NCBI GenBank assembly: GCA_015058185.1
Contig: SVCV01000001.1
Location: forward strand, 17,869 to 81,868
Length of the DNA stretch: 64,000 nt
Reading direction: 5' to 3'
Source: Clostridiales bacterium
Lineage (GTDB): Bacteria; Bacillota; Clostridia; Peptostreptococcales; Anaerovoracaceae
Numbering within the stretch: position 1 is the first letter of the stretch; each line of letters begins with the position of its first letter. Under the pieces are notes generated by a model. It searched no databases and was not told the origin of the DNA. It saw nothing but the letters and a program-made list of their open reading frames with translations. The position numbers and the translations under genes are program-made. Positions 39,107 to 48,518 of this stretch are shown here, piece by piece.

Positions 39107-40318
39107 ATGAAATATTTGATTATCGTGCCTGACGGCGCTGCAGACGAACCCATCGAAGCGCTGGGAGGAAAAACTCCTCTGGAGGCTGCAAATATACCGA
39201 ATATCGATAAGCTTGGAAGCCGGGGTGTTGTGGGGAATGTTTCCACTGTGCCTGAAGGGATGTCCCCCGGAAGCGATGTGGCGAACCTTTCTGTTATGGG
39301 TTATGACCCTGCCCGCTATCACACCGGACGGTCCCCCCTGGAAGCTGCCAGCATCGGCATCGATCTTGCGGACACGGATGTGGCTATGCGCTGCAACCTG
39401 ATCACTCTTTCCGGCGAAGGTGCCTATGAGGATCTGATCATTCAGGACCACAGTTCCGGCGACATCACTACGGAAGAAGCGGACATTTTGGTGCAGGCTC
39501 TCAACGAAAAGTTTGCCACGGATAAGATCCACCTCTACACCGGAACCAGCTACCGCCACGCTCTCATCATCAAGGAAGGAGAGACTCACTATGATCTGAC
39601 TCCTCCTCACGATGTGCTGGGACAGCGGGCCGGGGACAATCTCCCCAAGGGCGAAGGCGCAGAATTTTTGGAAAAGATGATGCGGGAAAGCTATGAGATC
39701 CTTTCTCAGCATCCTGTAAATAAGGACCGGATCGCCAGAGGTCTGAACCCTGCCAACTCCATGTGGGTTTGGGGTCTTGGAAAGAAGCCCAGCCTGAGTT
39801 CCTTCTCTGAAAAGTACGGTCTGAGCGGTGCTGCCATCTCCGCCGTTGACCTGATCAAGGGCATCGGCATTTGTGCCGGTCTGGATGCCATTGAAGTTCC
39901 CGGTGCCACCGGAACTCTTACCAGCAATTTTGCCGGCAAGGCAGAAGCTGCCATCAAAGCATTTTCCGAAGGAAAAGATTTCATCTATCTTCATATGGAA
40001 GCTCCCGATGAGTGTTCCCATCAGGGTGAGTTGGAAGGCAAGATCCAGTCCATGGAACTGATCGATGAAAAGATCGTGGGACCTGTTATTTCCTGGCTGG
40101 AAAATTCCGGTGAGGATTACAAGGTTCTGGTTCTGCCGGATCATCCCACACCTTTACGGATCCGGACTCATTCCGGAGCGCCGGTTCCCTTCCTCCTGTA
40201 CGACAGTACTGCTCTTCAGGAAGAAGACAGCGCCAGAACCTTCTGCGAGAAGGTCGGTGCAGCCGGTCCCGTTTTTGGATCCGGGTGGGAATTAGCCGAT
40301 CACTTTTTTAAGAACTAA
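39107..40318 (+). CDS. apgM: cofactor-independent phosphoglycerate mutase, archaeal ApgM-type metalloenzyme (family also proposed as alternative homoserine kinase)
   Basis: MKYLIIVPDGAAD start, plus MEAPDECSH and LPDHPTP motifs. GGAGG lies upstream of the ATG at 39107. Confidence 0.85.
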   Translation: MKYLIIVPDGAADEPIEALGGKTPLEAANIPNIDKLGSRGVVGNVSTVPEGMSPGSDVANLSVMGYDPARYHTGRSPLEAASIGIDLADTDVAMRCNLITLSGEGAYEDLIIQDHSSGDITTEEADILVQALNEKFATDKIHLYTGTSYRHALIIKEGETHYDLTPPHDVLGQRAGDNLPKGEGAEFLEKMMRESYEILSQHPVNKDRIARGLNPANSMWVWGLGKKPSLSSFSEKYGLSGAAISAVDLIKGIGICAGLDAIEVPGATGTLTSNFAGKAEAAIKAFSEGKDFIYLHMEAPDECSHQGELEGKIQSMELIDEKIVGPVISWLENSGEDYKVLVLPDHPTPLRIRTHSGAPVPFLLYDSTALQEEDSARTFCEKVGAAGPVFGSGWELADHFFKN

Positions 40319-40333
40319 GAAAAGAGCTTTTGG

Positions 40334-41764
40334 ATGAAGAAAATAGTCACAGTACTTTTGATGCTGGTTCTGTTCTTTGGATTTGTTCCGGAGGAACCGG
40401 TATTTGCAGCAGATGAGCCCTCAAATATTGTGGGTGCCGGTGCCATCCTGATCGATGCCACCACAGGCGAAGTCCTGTATGAAAAGAACGCTCATACGCA
40501 GATGTATCCCGCCAGCTGCACAAAGATCCTGACCGGGATCCTGGCCATTGAAAATTTAGATCTTTCCGCACCTGCGGTCATTGATGCCGAAGCGTCCTTC
40601 ACGGAAGGCAGCCGGGTCTACCTTTTGGAGGGCGAAGAAATCACCGTAGAAGAAGTTCTTTACGCATTGTTTTTGGAGTCTGCCAATGATGCAGCCATCT
40701 GCCTTGCGAAGATGATCTCCGGAAGCGTAGAGGAATTTGCAGTTCTGATGAACCAGAAGGCCAGGGAACTCGGGGCTTTGAACAGCAACTTTGTAACCCC
40801 CAACGGACTTCCCAACGACGATCATAAAACCACGGCTTACGATTTGGCCATGATCGCCAAGTATGCCATGCAGAATGAAACCTTCCGGAAATTCTGCTCT
40901 ACATATCAGTACACGATCCCTGCCACCAACCTGCAGGATACCCGATACCTCTATAACACCAATCGCCTGCTGTACGATACCCAGCACAAGGTTACTGTCA
41001 ATGGCGAGGTTCGGCCCTGTAAGTATGAAGGGATCACCGGGATCAAGACCGGTTATACCAATGCCGCCGGAAACTGCCTGGTAGCCGGTGCACAAAGAGA
41101 AGGTACGGAACTTATTGCCGTTACTCTCCATTCCAACTATGAAAATGGAGATCCCAATGCGGCTCCCCGCAGCCAGTATGCGGACTGCATCTCCATGCTG
41201 GACTGGGGTTTTGCACATTATAAGACCGTTCAGGTGACCATGGCCGGTGAAAGTGCCGGAACCTTTGCGGTCCTCAAGGGCGATAAGGAACAGCTGTCTG
41301 TTCGGATGAACGAAGCCGTTTATGCCACGGTTCCCGTGGAAGGCGGTGAGGCTCTTGTAAAGAAAGAGATCGACCTTCCTTTGGAAATGGAAGCCCCCAT
41401 TGCTGCGGGACAGGTCGTGGGAACCATGACCATCTACGTGGGCAATGATGTGATCGGAACCTATGATTTGACTTCCACCGGATCTTCCGAACTGGTTGGC
41501 TTTGCGGCCATGGTGGACAAGGTCTCCGAAAAATCCGTTAAGGAGATCGTGCTGAAGATCGTCAAAATCGTGGTGCTTGTCTTTGTGATCCTGGTGGCAC
41601 TCCTGTTTATTTGGGTCTTGTACAAGCGGCACCAAATCAAAAAACGGAAGCTGCGCCGGCAGATGCTTCGGGAACAGGAGCGGTTAGCCAGAGAGCGGGC
41701 GGAAAGAGCCCGGATGCAGACCTGGACCACCTGGGATGAAGATTTCCGGGATTCCCGTCACTAA
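40334..41764 (+). CDS. D-alanyl-D-alanine carboxypeptidase (S11, PBP5-like) with a C-terminal TM anchor and basic/acidic cytoplasmic tail
   Basis: Signal peptide, then SCTK (SxxK), SAND (SxN) and KTGYT (KTG) motifs. A TM helix near residue 415 is followed by a 45-aa charged tail. Confidence 0.9.
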   Translation: MKKIVTVLLMLVLFFGFVPEEPVFAADEPSNIVGAGAILIDATTGEVLYEKNAHTQMYPASCTKILTGILAIENLDLSAPAVIDAEASFTEGSRVYLLEGEEITVEEVLYALFLESANDAAICLAKMISGSVEEFAVLMNQKARELGALNSNFVTPNGLPNDDHKTTAYDLAMIAKYAMQNETFRKFCSTYQYTIPATNLQDTRYLYNTNRLLYDTQHKVTVNGEVRPCKYEGITGIKTGYTNAAGNCLVAGAQREGTELIAVTLHSNYENGDPNAAPRSQYADCISMLDWGFAHYKTVQVTMAGESAGTFAVLKGDKEQLSVRMNEAVYATVPVEGGEALVKKEIDLPLEMEAPIAAGQVVGTMTIYVGNDVIGTYDLTSTGSSELVGFAAMVDKVSEKSVKEIVLKIVKIVVLVFVILVALLFIWVLYKRHQIKKRKLRRQMLREQERLARERAERARMQTWTTWDEDFRDSRH

Positions 41765-41821
41765 AAGTTAATGATATCCGTCCCGGTTGGGGCGGATATT
41801 CTGTCATAATAGGGTGATAAA

Positions 41822-42523
41822 ATGAACGATCCGTTTCTGGATATGAAAGAGCAGCTTTTTGCAATGCAGGATCCGGGATACAAGGCTTTTCATGAAAAGC
41901 TGATCCCTACGGTGGACCCCTCCCGGGTCATTGGGGTACGGACCCCTGCGCTCCGGAAATTTGCCCGGGAATTTGCAAAGGATCCTCGAAAGGACGCTTT
42001 TCTGAAGGATCTTCCCCATACCTATCATGAAGAGGATAATCTTCACGGTTTCCTCATTGAAAAGATCCGGGATTTTGATTCTGTAACAGAGGCTCTGGAT
42101 CGGTTTTTGCCTTACGTGGACAACTGGGCTACCTGTGATATGCTGTCTCCGAAGATCCTGAAGACGGACTTGCCCCGGCTTTATGAAAAGATCCTGGAGT
42201 GGATCCGGTCGGAACATGTTTATATGGTCCGCTTTGGGTTGAAAATGCTCATGGATCACTTTCTGGACGACGCCTTTTCTCCGGAAACCCTTGCCGCCGC
42301 GGCTTCGGTTCACTCGGAAGAATATTACCTGAAAATGATGGTGGCCTGGTATTTCAGCACCGCTTTGGCCAAACAGTATGAGGCGACTCTGCCTTACATT
42401 ACGGAGAATCGTTTGGAGCCCTGGGTCCACAATAAGACCATTCAAAAGGCCGTGGAGAGTTACCGCATCCGCCCGGAACAAAAGGAGTTTCTGAAAACCT
42501 TTCGTATCCGGAAAACCCGATAA
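41822..42523 (+). CDS. DNA alkylation repair protein (AlkD-like HEAT-repeat family)
   Basis: 233 aa with NWATCD and WY motifs typical of the DNA_alkylation family. Confidence 0.8.
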   Translation: MNDPFLDMKEQLFAMQDPGYKAFHEKLIPTVDPSRVIGVRTPALRKFAREFAKDPRKDAFLKDLPHTYHEEDNLHGFLIEKIRDFDSVTEALDRFLPYVDNWATCDMLSPKILKTDLPRLYEKILEWIRSEHVYMVRFGLKMLMDHFLDDAFSPETLAAAASVHSEEYYLKMMVAWYFSTALAKQYEATLPYITENRLEPWVHNKTIQKAVESYRIRPEQKEFLKTFRIRKTR

Positions 42524-42597
42524 AAATACGCTCATGTCTAAAAAAGATGCCTCCTGCATATCCTGTAAGCAAAAGGATAAGGGAGGCTTTTCTTTTG

Positions 42598-43125
42598 GTG
42601 AAAATAAAAGAGTGGGCATCCACCGGCTTTATTTTAACATCGGCTGCAGGAACCTTGCTTCACTTCATCTATGACTGGTTTGGTGACGTTCCCCTTGTCA
42701 TGGTCTTTGGAGCGGTAAATGAGAGCCCCTGGGAGCATTTGAAACTTTTGTTTTGGCCTGTTTTGATTTTTTCGTTGATCGAAAAACTTGCAGCGGGTCA
42801 TGCCCGGCGAGGGTTTTTCTTTTCCCGGATCCTTGGGGCATGTTTGGGAATGGCGTTTATCTTAGTGGTGTTTTACACCTACAGCGGGATCCTTGGACGT
42901 TATTTGGTGGCGGTGGATATCAGCCTGTTTTATGGAGCTGTGGCACTGACCTATCTGTTCAGTACCCTTTCCCTGAAGAGGGATCGCTTCAGCCAGCCGG
43001 TTTTTCAGTTGGCTGTTTTTCCCCTGACCCTTTTTCTGATTTACATCTTTGTTTATTTCACATTTTCCCCGCCGGTTCTTCCTTTGTTTGCGGTGCCTGC
43101 CATGAGCTGCTGCAGCTTTTTCTAA
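42598..43125 (+). CDS. DUF6512-like integral membrane protein
   Basis: GTLLHFIYDW....NES.WEHLKLLFWP signature. The start is a GTG at 42598 or a TTG at 42595, directly after a hairpin that contains the only SD-like GGGAGG. Confidence 0.65.
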   Translation: MKIKEWASTGFILTSAAGTLLHFIYDWFGDVPLVMVFGAVNESPWEHLKLLFWPVLIFSLIEKLAAGHARRGFFFSRILGACLGMAFILVVFYTYSGILGRYLVAVDISLFYGAVALTYLFSTLSLKRDRFSQPVFQLAVFPLTLFLIYIFVYFTFSPPVLPLFAVPAMSCCSFF

Positions 43126-43182
43126 TACAAATACCTGTTGCAAATTCGCTTCGCCCGGGGTTATACTATCCCGGGTGATATT

Positions 43183-44301
43183 TTGAAAAAGATTGCAGCA
43201 TTTTGCAAGAAGGAGACCGTGTTTGTTATCGCTGCCGCTGCGGCGATTTTATCCATGTTTCTGGTTCCTCCTTCCAAAGAGTATCTGGGATATCTGAACG
43301 AGTCGGTTTTGGCTCTTTTGTTTTGCCTCATGGCTGTAGTGGCAGGTTTTCGCCGCTCCGGAGCTTTTGAGCTGCTTTCCCGTACCCTGATCGCAAAAAC
43401 CGGGAACTTCCGGGCACTTGCATTTGTCTTGGTGCTGCTTTGCTTCTTTTCTTCCATGGCGTTGACCAACGATGTGGCTTTGATCACTTTTGTTCCTCTT
43501 ACCATTGGTATCTTTGCCGGCTGTGATAAGGAAAATATGCTGATCCTGATCGTGGCATTGGAAACCGTTGCTGCCAACCTTGGCAGTTTGGTCACCCCCA
43601 TCGGCAACCCCCAAAATCTGTTTATTTACGACCATTATCATATGCATATCGGGGACTTCTTCAGAGTCACGCTGCCCCTGGGCGGGATCTCTCTCGTGAT
43701 CGTTCTTCTTCTTTTGCTTCTGGTAAAAAAGGATCCGCTGGATATTCCCGGCGGCTGGTCGCCTTTAAAGATCCGGAAGAAAGAATGCCTCCTTCACGGG
43801 ATCTTATTCCTTTTTTGCATCCTGACTGTTCTTCGGGTGGTGGATCATCGGATCTGTTTGGCTGTGGTCCTGGTTTGTCTTCTTCTTTTCGATCGAAAGA
43901 TTTTCCCCCGGGTAGACTATTTCCTGCTTTTGACCTTTGTTGCCTTTTTTATTTTTGTGGGCAACCTCTCCCAGGCTCCTGCGGTGAGTGACTTTTTATC
44001 CGGACTTCTGGAAGGCCGTACCATGCTTGTATCCGCACTGGTCTCCCAGGGGATCAGCAACGTTCCCTCTGCGGTGCTTCTGTCCACCTTTACGGAAGAC
44101 GTGAAGGGCCTTCTTTTAGGGGTGAATATCGGCGGCCTGGGAACTTTAGTGGCATCTTTGGCCAGCCTGATCTCCTATAAGTTTTACAGTACCCATGCCC
44201 ATGCGAGACCGGGACGGTATTTGGCCATTTTCAGTGCTGTCAATTTCCCGCTTTTGGCAGTCTTGCTGATCATTTGCAATTTCTTGACTGGATGGATGTA
44301 G
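43183..44301 (+). CDS. ArsB/NhaD superfamily (citrate-transporter-like) anion permease
   Basis: Polytopic membrane protein with GSLVTPIGNPQNL and GVNIGG.GTLVASLA motifs. The start is uncertain; I prefer the TTG at 43183. Confidence 0.78.
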   Translation: MKKIAAFCKKETVFVIAAAAAILSMFLVPPSKEYLGYLNESVLALLFCLMAVVAGFRRSGAFELLSRTLIAKTGNFRALAFVLVLLCFFSSMALTNDVALITFVPLTIGIFAGCDKENMLILIVALETVAANLGSLVTPIGNPQNLFIYDHYHMHIGDFFRVTLPLGGISLVIVLLLLLLVKKDPLDIPGGWSPLKIRKKECLLHGILFLFCILTVLRVVDHRICLAVVLVCLLLFDRKIFPRVDYFLLLTFVAFFIFVGNLSQAPAVSDFLSGLLEGRTMLVSALVSQGISNVPSAVLLSTFTEDVKGLLLGVNIGGLGTLVASLASLISYKFYSTHAHARPGRYLAIFSAVNFPLLAVLLIICNFLTGWM

Positions 44302-44339
44302 CGGGGGTATAATTCCCTTATAAATGCAGGAGGTTTCCC

Positions 44340-45269
44340 ATGTCTAAAATCTATACTTCCATCGATCAGCTGATCGGAAAAACACCTCTTTTGGAACTCA
44401 GCAATTTTGAAAAAGAGTTTGGTTTGAAGGCAAAGCTTTTAGCCAAGCTGGAATATTTTAATCCCGCCGGTTCTGCTAAGGACCGGGTAGCAAAAGTCAT
44501 GATCGACGAGGCGGAGGCCGCAGGTCTTTTGACGCCCGAATCTGTGATCATCGAACCTACTTCCGGAAATACCGGGATCGGGCTGGCTGCAGTGGCTGCC
44601 TCCCGAGGGTATCGGACTATTATCATTATGCCGGATACCATGTCTATGGAGAGGCGGCTTTTGATGAAGGCCTACGGTGCGGAACTGATCCTTACCGACG
44701 GTGCTTTGGGAATGGCCGGATCCATTGCGAAGGCGGAAGAATTGGCCAGGGAGATCCCCGGTGCTTTTATTCCCGGACAGTTTGTTAATCCCAACAACCC
44801 CAAAGCCCATTTCGAGACCACCGGTCCTGAGATCTGGGAAGACACGGATGGGGAAGTGGATATTTTTGTAGCCGGTGTGGGTACCGGCGGAACCATTACC
44901 GGAACCGGCCGGTATTTGAAGAGTAAGAAACCCAATGTGAAAGTGATCGCCATGGAGCCTGCCGGTTCCCCCGTTTTGTCCGGCGGAGAGGCCGGACCTC
45001 ACGGCCTGCAGGGCATCGGCGCCGGTTTTGTGCCGGAGATCCTGGATACCGCAGTGTACGATGAAGTGATCACCATCACAGAAGAAGAAGCTTACGCTAT
45101 GGGTGCACGGCTGGGCAAGATCGAAGGATTTCTTGGCGGGATCTCTTCCGGTGCCGCCCTTGCCGCAGCGGTTCGGGTCGCAAAGAGAGAGGAAAACGAA
45201 GGGAAAACCATTGTTGTCCTCCTTCCTGATACCGGTGACCGTTATCTGTCCACCCCTATGTTTGCATAA
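44340..45269 (+). CDS. cysK: cysteine synthase A (O-acetylserine sulfhydrylase)
   Basis: PLP lysine motif NPAGSAKDR, plus TSGNTG and GTGGTITG motifs. 309 aa. Confidence 0.95.
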   Translation: MSKIYTSIDQLIGKTPLLELSNFEKEFGLKAKLLAKLEYFNPAGSAKDRVAKVMIDEAEAAGLLTPESVIIEPTSGNTGIGLAAVAASRGYRTIIIMPDTMSMERRLLMKAYGAELILTDGALGMAGSIAKAEELAREIPGAFIPGQFVNPNNPKAHFETTGPEIWEDTDGEVDIFVAGVGTGGTITGTGRYLKSKKPNVKVIAMEPAGSPVLSGGEAGPHGLQGIGAGFVPEILDTAVYDEVITITEEEAYAMGARLGKIEGFLGGISSGAALAAAVRVAKREENEGKTIVVLLPDTGDRYLSTPMFA

Positions 45270-45273
45270 AAGG

Positions 45274-45304
45274 AAAAGCCCTGCACCAGTGCAGGGCTTT
45301 TTTA
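45274..45304. terminator. bidirectional terminator between cysK and the convergent SDR gene
   Basis: AAAAGCCCTGCA-CCAG-TGCAGGGCTTTTTT. Confidence 0.85.
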
Positions 45305-45328
45305 TATACTTTTTCGGATGGTTGGATT

Positions 45329-46081
45329 TTACCAAATGGTCCAGCCGCCGTCGATCACCAGGGTATGACCGGTAACCATAGAGGCTTCGTTGGAAGCAAG
45401 ATAAGCGAAGGCGGAACCGATTTCGCTGGGATCTACAACACGGCCAACGGGGATCATGCCCAGAACCATTTTGCTGTATTCGGGATCTTCGAGACGGGAA
45501 CGGGTGATCTCGGTCAGGGCAAAGGTAGGTGCTACTACATTTACGGTGATGCCGAATTTGGCCCAGTCGAAAGCCAAAGCACGGGCCAGGGACTGGATGC
45601 CGCCCTTGGTTGCGCAGTAAGGCTGCTGGTTTTCACGGGCAACGATACCGGCCTGGCTGCCGGTGAAAATGATACGGCCAAAGCCCTGTTCCTTCATGAT
45701 GGGCATTACTGCCTGAGCAGCGAAGAATCCGCCCTTAATGTTCACAGAGAAGTGGGCATCCCAAATTTCAGGGGTGACATTCTCAGCGGGCATGGGTTTG
45801 TTCATGCCTGCGTTGTTTGCGAGAATGTCGATGCGGCCGAACTTGGCTTTTACTTCGTTTACTGTGGCCAGGATGGCATCCTGATCGGTAACATCCATGG
45901 CAAGCGGATAGCATTCGGCACCGGCTTCCATGCAAAGAGCCTTGGTTTTTTCAAGATCAACACCGGGACGATCGGTGGGGACAACCGTGGCACCCTGCTT
46001 TGCAAAGGCAACGCAAATGGCCTGTCCAAGACCTGCAGCGGCACCGGTAACGATTGCGACTCTTCCAGTCAGTTCAAACAT
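45329..46081 (-). CDS. SDR family oxidoreductase (3-oxoacyl-ACP reductase-like)
   Basis: TGAAAGLG cofactor motif and YCATK catalytic motif. 250 aa. Confidence 0.88.
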   Translation of the reverse strand: MFELTGRVAIVTGAAAGLGQAICVAFAKQGATVVPTDRPGVDLEKTKALCMEAGAECYPLAMDVTDQDAILATVNEVKAKFGRIDILANNAGMNKPMPAENVTPEIWDAHFSVNIKGGFFAAQAVMPIMKEQGFGRIIFTGSQAGIVARENQQPYCATKGGIQSLARALAFDWAKFGITVNVVAPTFALTEITRSRLEDPEYSKMVLGMIPVGRVVDPSEIGSAFAYLASNEASMVTGHTLVIDGGWTIW

Positions 46082-46299
46082 TTTGAATCCTCCTCGATTA
46101 GTGAATAGTATAAAATGGGGGTTCCCCCTGGTTGTAACAAAATTATTTCATCAGCTGTTTGATAGCCTTGTTCAGTTCATTGATGGATTCCATATCGCCG
46201 GTTTTGACCGCATCCACAATACAGTGATCGATATGGTCATGATGCATCCGTACATTCGGGTATTCGGAAAGGGTTCTCTTTATGTAAACTCCTCCGTTT

Positions 46300-46812
46300 T
46301 TATTTGTGGATCCTTGCGGAGATATAGCCGGGGACCTCGTCTTTTTTGATCCCCAAAGCGGCGGCCAGCTCGTTGAAGAGGAGGTCTTCCGCCTTTTTCA
46401 TGAATTTGGCATCGGTTTGGCCAAATTTTTTCTTTTGCTGTTCCAGGTATTGTTTTTTCATGTAAATGGACATGGAAAGCTCGATCAGATCCGCACAGTC
46501 GTGGGAGGTAAAGGCCGCCTCATAATGGGCTTTCAGATCCTGCATGTTGCTGCTGTGGTACACTTCGGCCTGGATCGTAGGGATCCGGTCAATGAGTTCA
46601 TTCGCTTTTTCTTTTGAAATGATGGGACGCATGAAAACTTTGGTGTCCACAGGGGTGTAGATGAAACCGTCCTGGTTCACGGGTGCAAGAACATAGTATT
46701 CGACTTTTTCTTTGTCGGCAGGAATAAAATCCGGTACAGTAACATCGACGATTCTGCATACGCCCGTGTTGCCGTAAACTACCATGTCATCGATTTGATA
46801 TCGGCGTTCCAT
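46300..46812 (-). CDS. second CarD/CdnL-family RNA-polymerase-binding protein (paralogue of 4303-4785)
   Basis: 170-aa version beginning MERRYQIDDMVVYGNTGVCRIVDV, which is the CarD_TRCF fold motif. GGAGGAG lies upstream of the ATG at 46812. The track's 278-aa ORF is a 5' over-extension. Confidence 0.8.
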   Translation of the reverse strand: MERRYQIDDMVVYGNTGVCRIVDVTVPDFIPADKEKVEYYVLAPVNQDGFIYTPVDTKVFMRPIISKEKANELIDRIPTIQAEVYHSSNMQDLKAHYEAAFTSHDCADLIELSMSIYMKKQYLEQQKKKFGQTDAKFMKKAEDLLFNELAAALGIKKDEVPGYISARIHK

Positions 46813-46922
46813 TTTTCTCCTCCAAAAAAAGTGTACAGAATCCCTTAAAAACAGGGATTTCATGGTCGTATTATAGCATATTTTGGAGGTTGATGTAAGT
46901 ACAAATTTGCGGGAGGCTGAGA

Positions 46923-46963
46923 CGAAAAAAGAAAGCCCCCGGGAAATTCGCTCCTGAGGGCTG
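46923..46963 (-). terminator. intrinsic terminator after the XRE regulator gene
   Basis: Minus strand reads AGCCCTCAGG-loop-CCCGGGGGCT followed by TTCTTTTTT. Confidence 0.7.
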
Positions 46964-46969
46964 TTTTGA

Positions 46970-47299
46970 TTATTTCTTTGAGCGGAACAGCATGGTTTCC
47001 TGGTAAATGTGTTCCTGTTCTTCAATGGTGAGGTAGTACAGATTGGAAAGGGTCTTTTCAATGAGGGGTTCTTTCGGCGGCTGGAAGGGTTTATCGAAAT
47101 TGAAGATCTCGGAATAAGAAGATCCCAGGGCTTCAATGATTTTGCTGAGGGTTTTCAGGGTGATGTTGCTTTCTCCCCGTTCGATTTTACCCAAATGGGA
47201 CGGGTTGATCCCGGAAAGAAGTGCAATCTCCTCGATACTGCTCTTTTTATTGACCCTGCATATTCGGAGTCTTTCTCCTAATTGCTTCTGAAAATCCAT
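46970..47299 (-). CDS. XRE-family helix-turn-helix transcriptional regulator
   Basis: HTH_3 motif (IEEIALLSGINPSHLGKIERGESNITLKTL). The ATG at 47299 lies 7 nt after GGAGGA. Confidence 0.85.
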   Translation of the reverse strand: MDFQKQLGERLRICRVNKKSSIEEIALLSGINPSHLGKIERGESNITLKTLSKIIEALGSSYSEIFNFDKPFQPPKEPLIEKTLSNLYYLTIEEQEHIYQETMLFRSKK

Positions 47300-47421
47300 C
47301 TGCATGTCCTCCATGTTGATTCAATCTTAAGTGATTTTCCAAGGACTTTCAAAGCATCATAATGCCTTAATATCTCAGTGTATATATTGCCTTTGTTTTG
47401 TGGTTTTATTTCAACAAGAAG

Positions 47422-47453
47422 AAAAAAAGCTGCAGTTTATTACTGCAGCTTTC
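47422..47453 (-). terminator. intrinsic terminator after the HAD hydrolase gene
   Basis: Minus strand reads AAAGCTGCAG-TAATAAA-CTGCAGCTTTTTTT. Confidence 0.85.
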
Positions 47454-47483
47454 GGTAGATTTTACAGGGTTTTAGGACGCGGG

Positions 47484-48335
47484 TTATCGGGTAGAATTCT
47501 GCATTTGCTGCCGATTGGTTTCCACCAGTTTGTTGACCGCAGCCATTTTTTGAATGATGTTTTTGACGATTTCGTCCAGCTCGTTTCCTTCGGCATAATC
47601 CGCGGGAGCGATAAAGTCCACCCGGTGATCCCGAAGCAATTCGGTGACGGTTTCCTTGCGCTGATCTCTGTAGACGGCGATGGATTGGCCGCCGTTGACT
47701 TTCACCAGCTTCATGCAGGGAACATCCGTCATTCCGTCTCCAATGTAGATCATGTTCCGGAACGGAACAGGCCGGTCATCGTTGGGTACGAAACGATTAA
47801 GATTTACATCGTCTGTAATATCGGTAACACCCTTATTGATCCGGAAAAGGAATTGGGTTTTGGTGGTGTAGTTTACTGCTGTTTTGGGCCAGTCTGCTAC
47901 TCCGTTTTCGTCATAGTGGAATTCGCAGGCGTAAACCTCCTTGAATTTATCACAGATAGGACACCCTTCGATGATCTCCTTCAGCCCGGAGGAAATGATA
48001 TAATGTTCGATCTCTACGCCGTTTTCTTCGCCGAACTGGCGGATCCTGTCAAACCAGGACTCCACGCCGTTAAAAAATTCTACGCTTTCACCCAGGCGTA
48101 CGAAATTATCCCGCTTTAAGGGAAGCATTTTCGCTTTGGATTTGCGGACCATCAGGTACATATAGGCCAAAATGGAATCCATTTTTTCGGCTTTTGCCAG
48201 TTTGCCGGTTTCGGACCAGAACTCTTCTGCGGAAAGACCTAAACTGGGAATAAAGGCATACTCCTGCATGTCCTTTGTGCAGAGGGTTTTATCAAAATCA
48301 TACAAAATGGCGACCACCGGATTCTTGACAGCCAT
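47484..48335 (-). CDS. HAD-superfamily hydrolase
   Basis: DFDKT (DxDxT) and GDGMTD motifs. The ATG at 48335 is preceded by AGGAGG. Confidence 0.82.
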   Translation of the reverse strand: MAVKNPVVAILYDFDKTLCTKDMQEYAFIPSLGLSAEEFWSETGKLAKAEKMDSILAYMYLMVRKSKAKMLPLKRDNFVRLGESVEFFNGVESWFDRIRQFGEENGVEIEHYIISSGLKEIIEGCPICDKFKEVYACEFHYDENGVADWPKTAVNYTTKTQFLFRINKGVTDITDDVNLNRFVPNDDRPVPFRNMIYIGDGMTDVPCMKLVKVNGGQSIAVYRDQRKETVTELLRDHRVDFIAPADYAEGNELDEIVKNIIQKMAAVNKLVETNRQQMQNSTR

Positions 48336-48518
48336 AGCGTCCTCCTGTTCGTGTTTTTTCGACTTCATCATACCACAGAACCGGGTCTTTTTCAACGGAG
48401 GGCCGCCGCACAGATCCTAAAAGTTATCATATATTGACTTATAGCAGAAGCGCCGCCTGTAACCGGTCGGCGCTTCCCTGCTTTCGGACCTGATGGTGTG
48501 AAGATTGAGGTGATACGG

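Noticed and set aside
46105-46130. The GGGGGTTCCCCC palindrome between the mini-ORF and the SDR gene, considered as a terminator
   Set aside because: A 2-nt loop is sterically impossible for an RNA hairpin, and no U-tract follows.
48420-48445. A possible Fur box (AGTTATCATATATTGAC) upstream of feoAB
   Set aside because: It only partly resembles the 19-bp GATAATGATAATCATTATC dyad, and the second half-site is missing. It cannot be called without a matrix scan.
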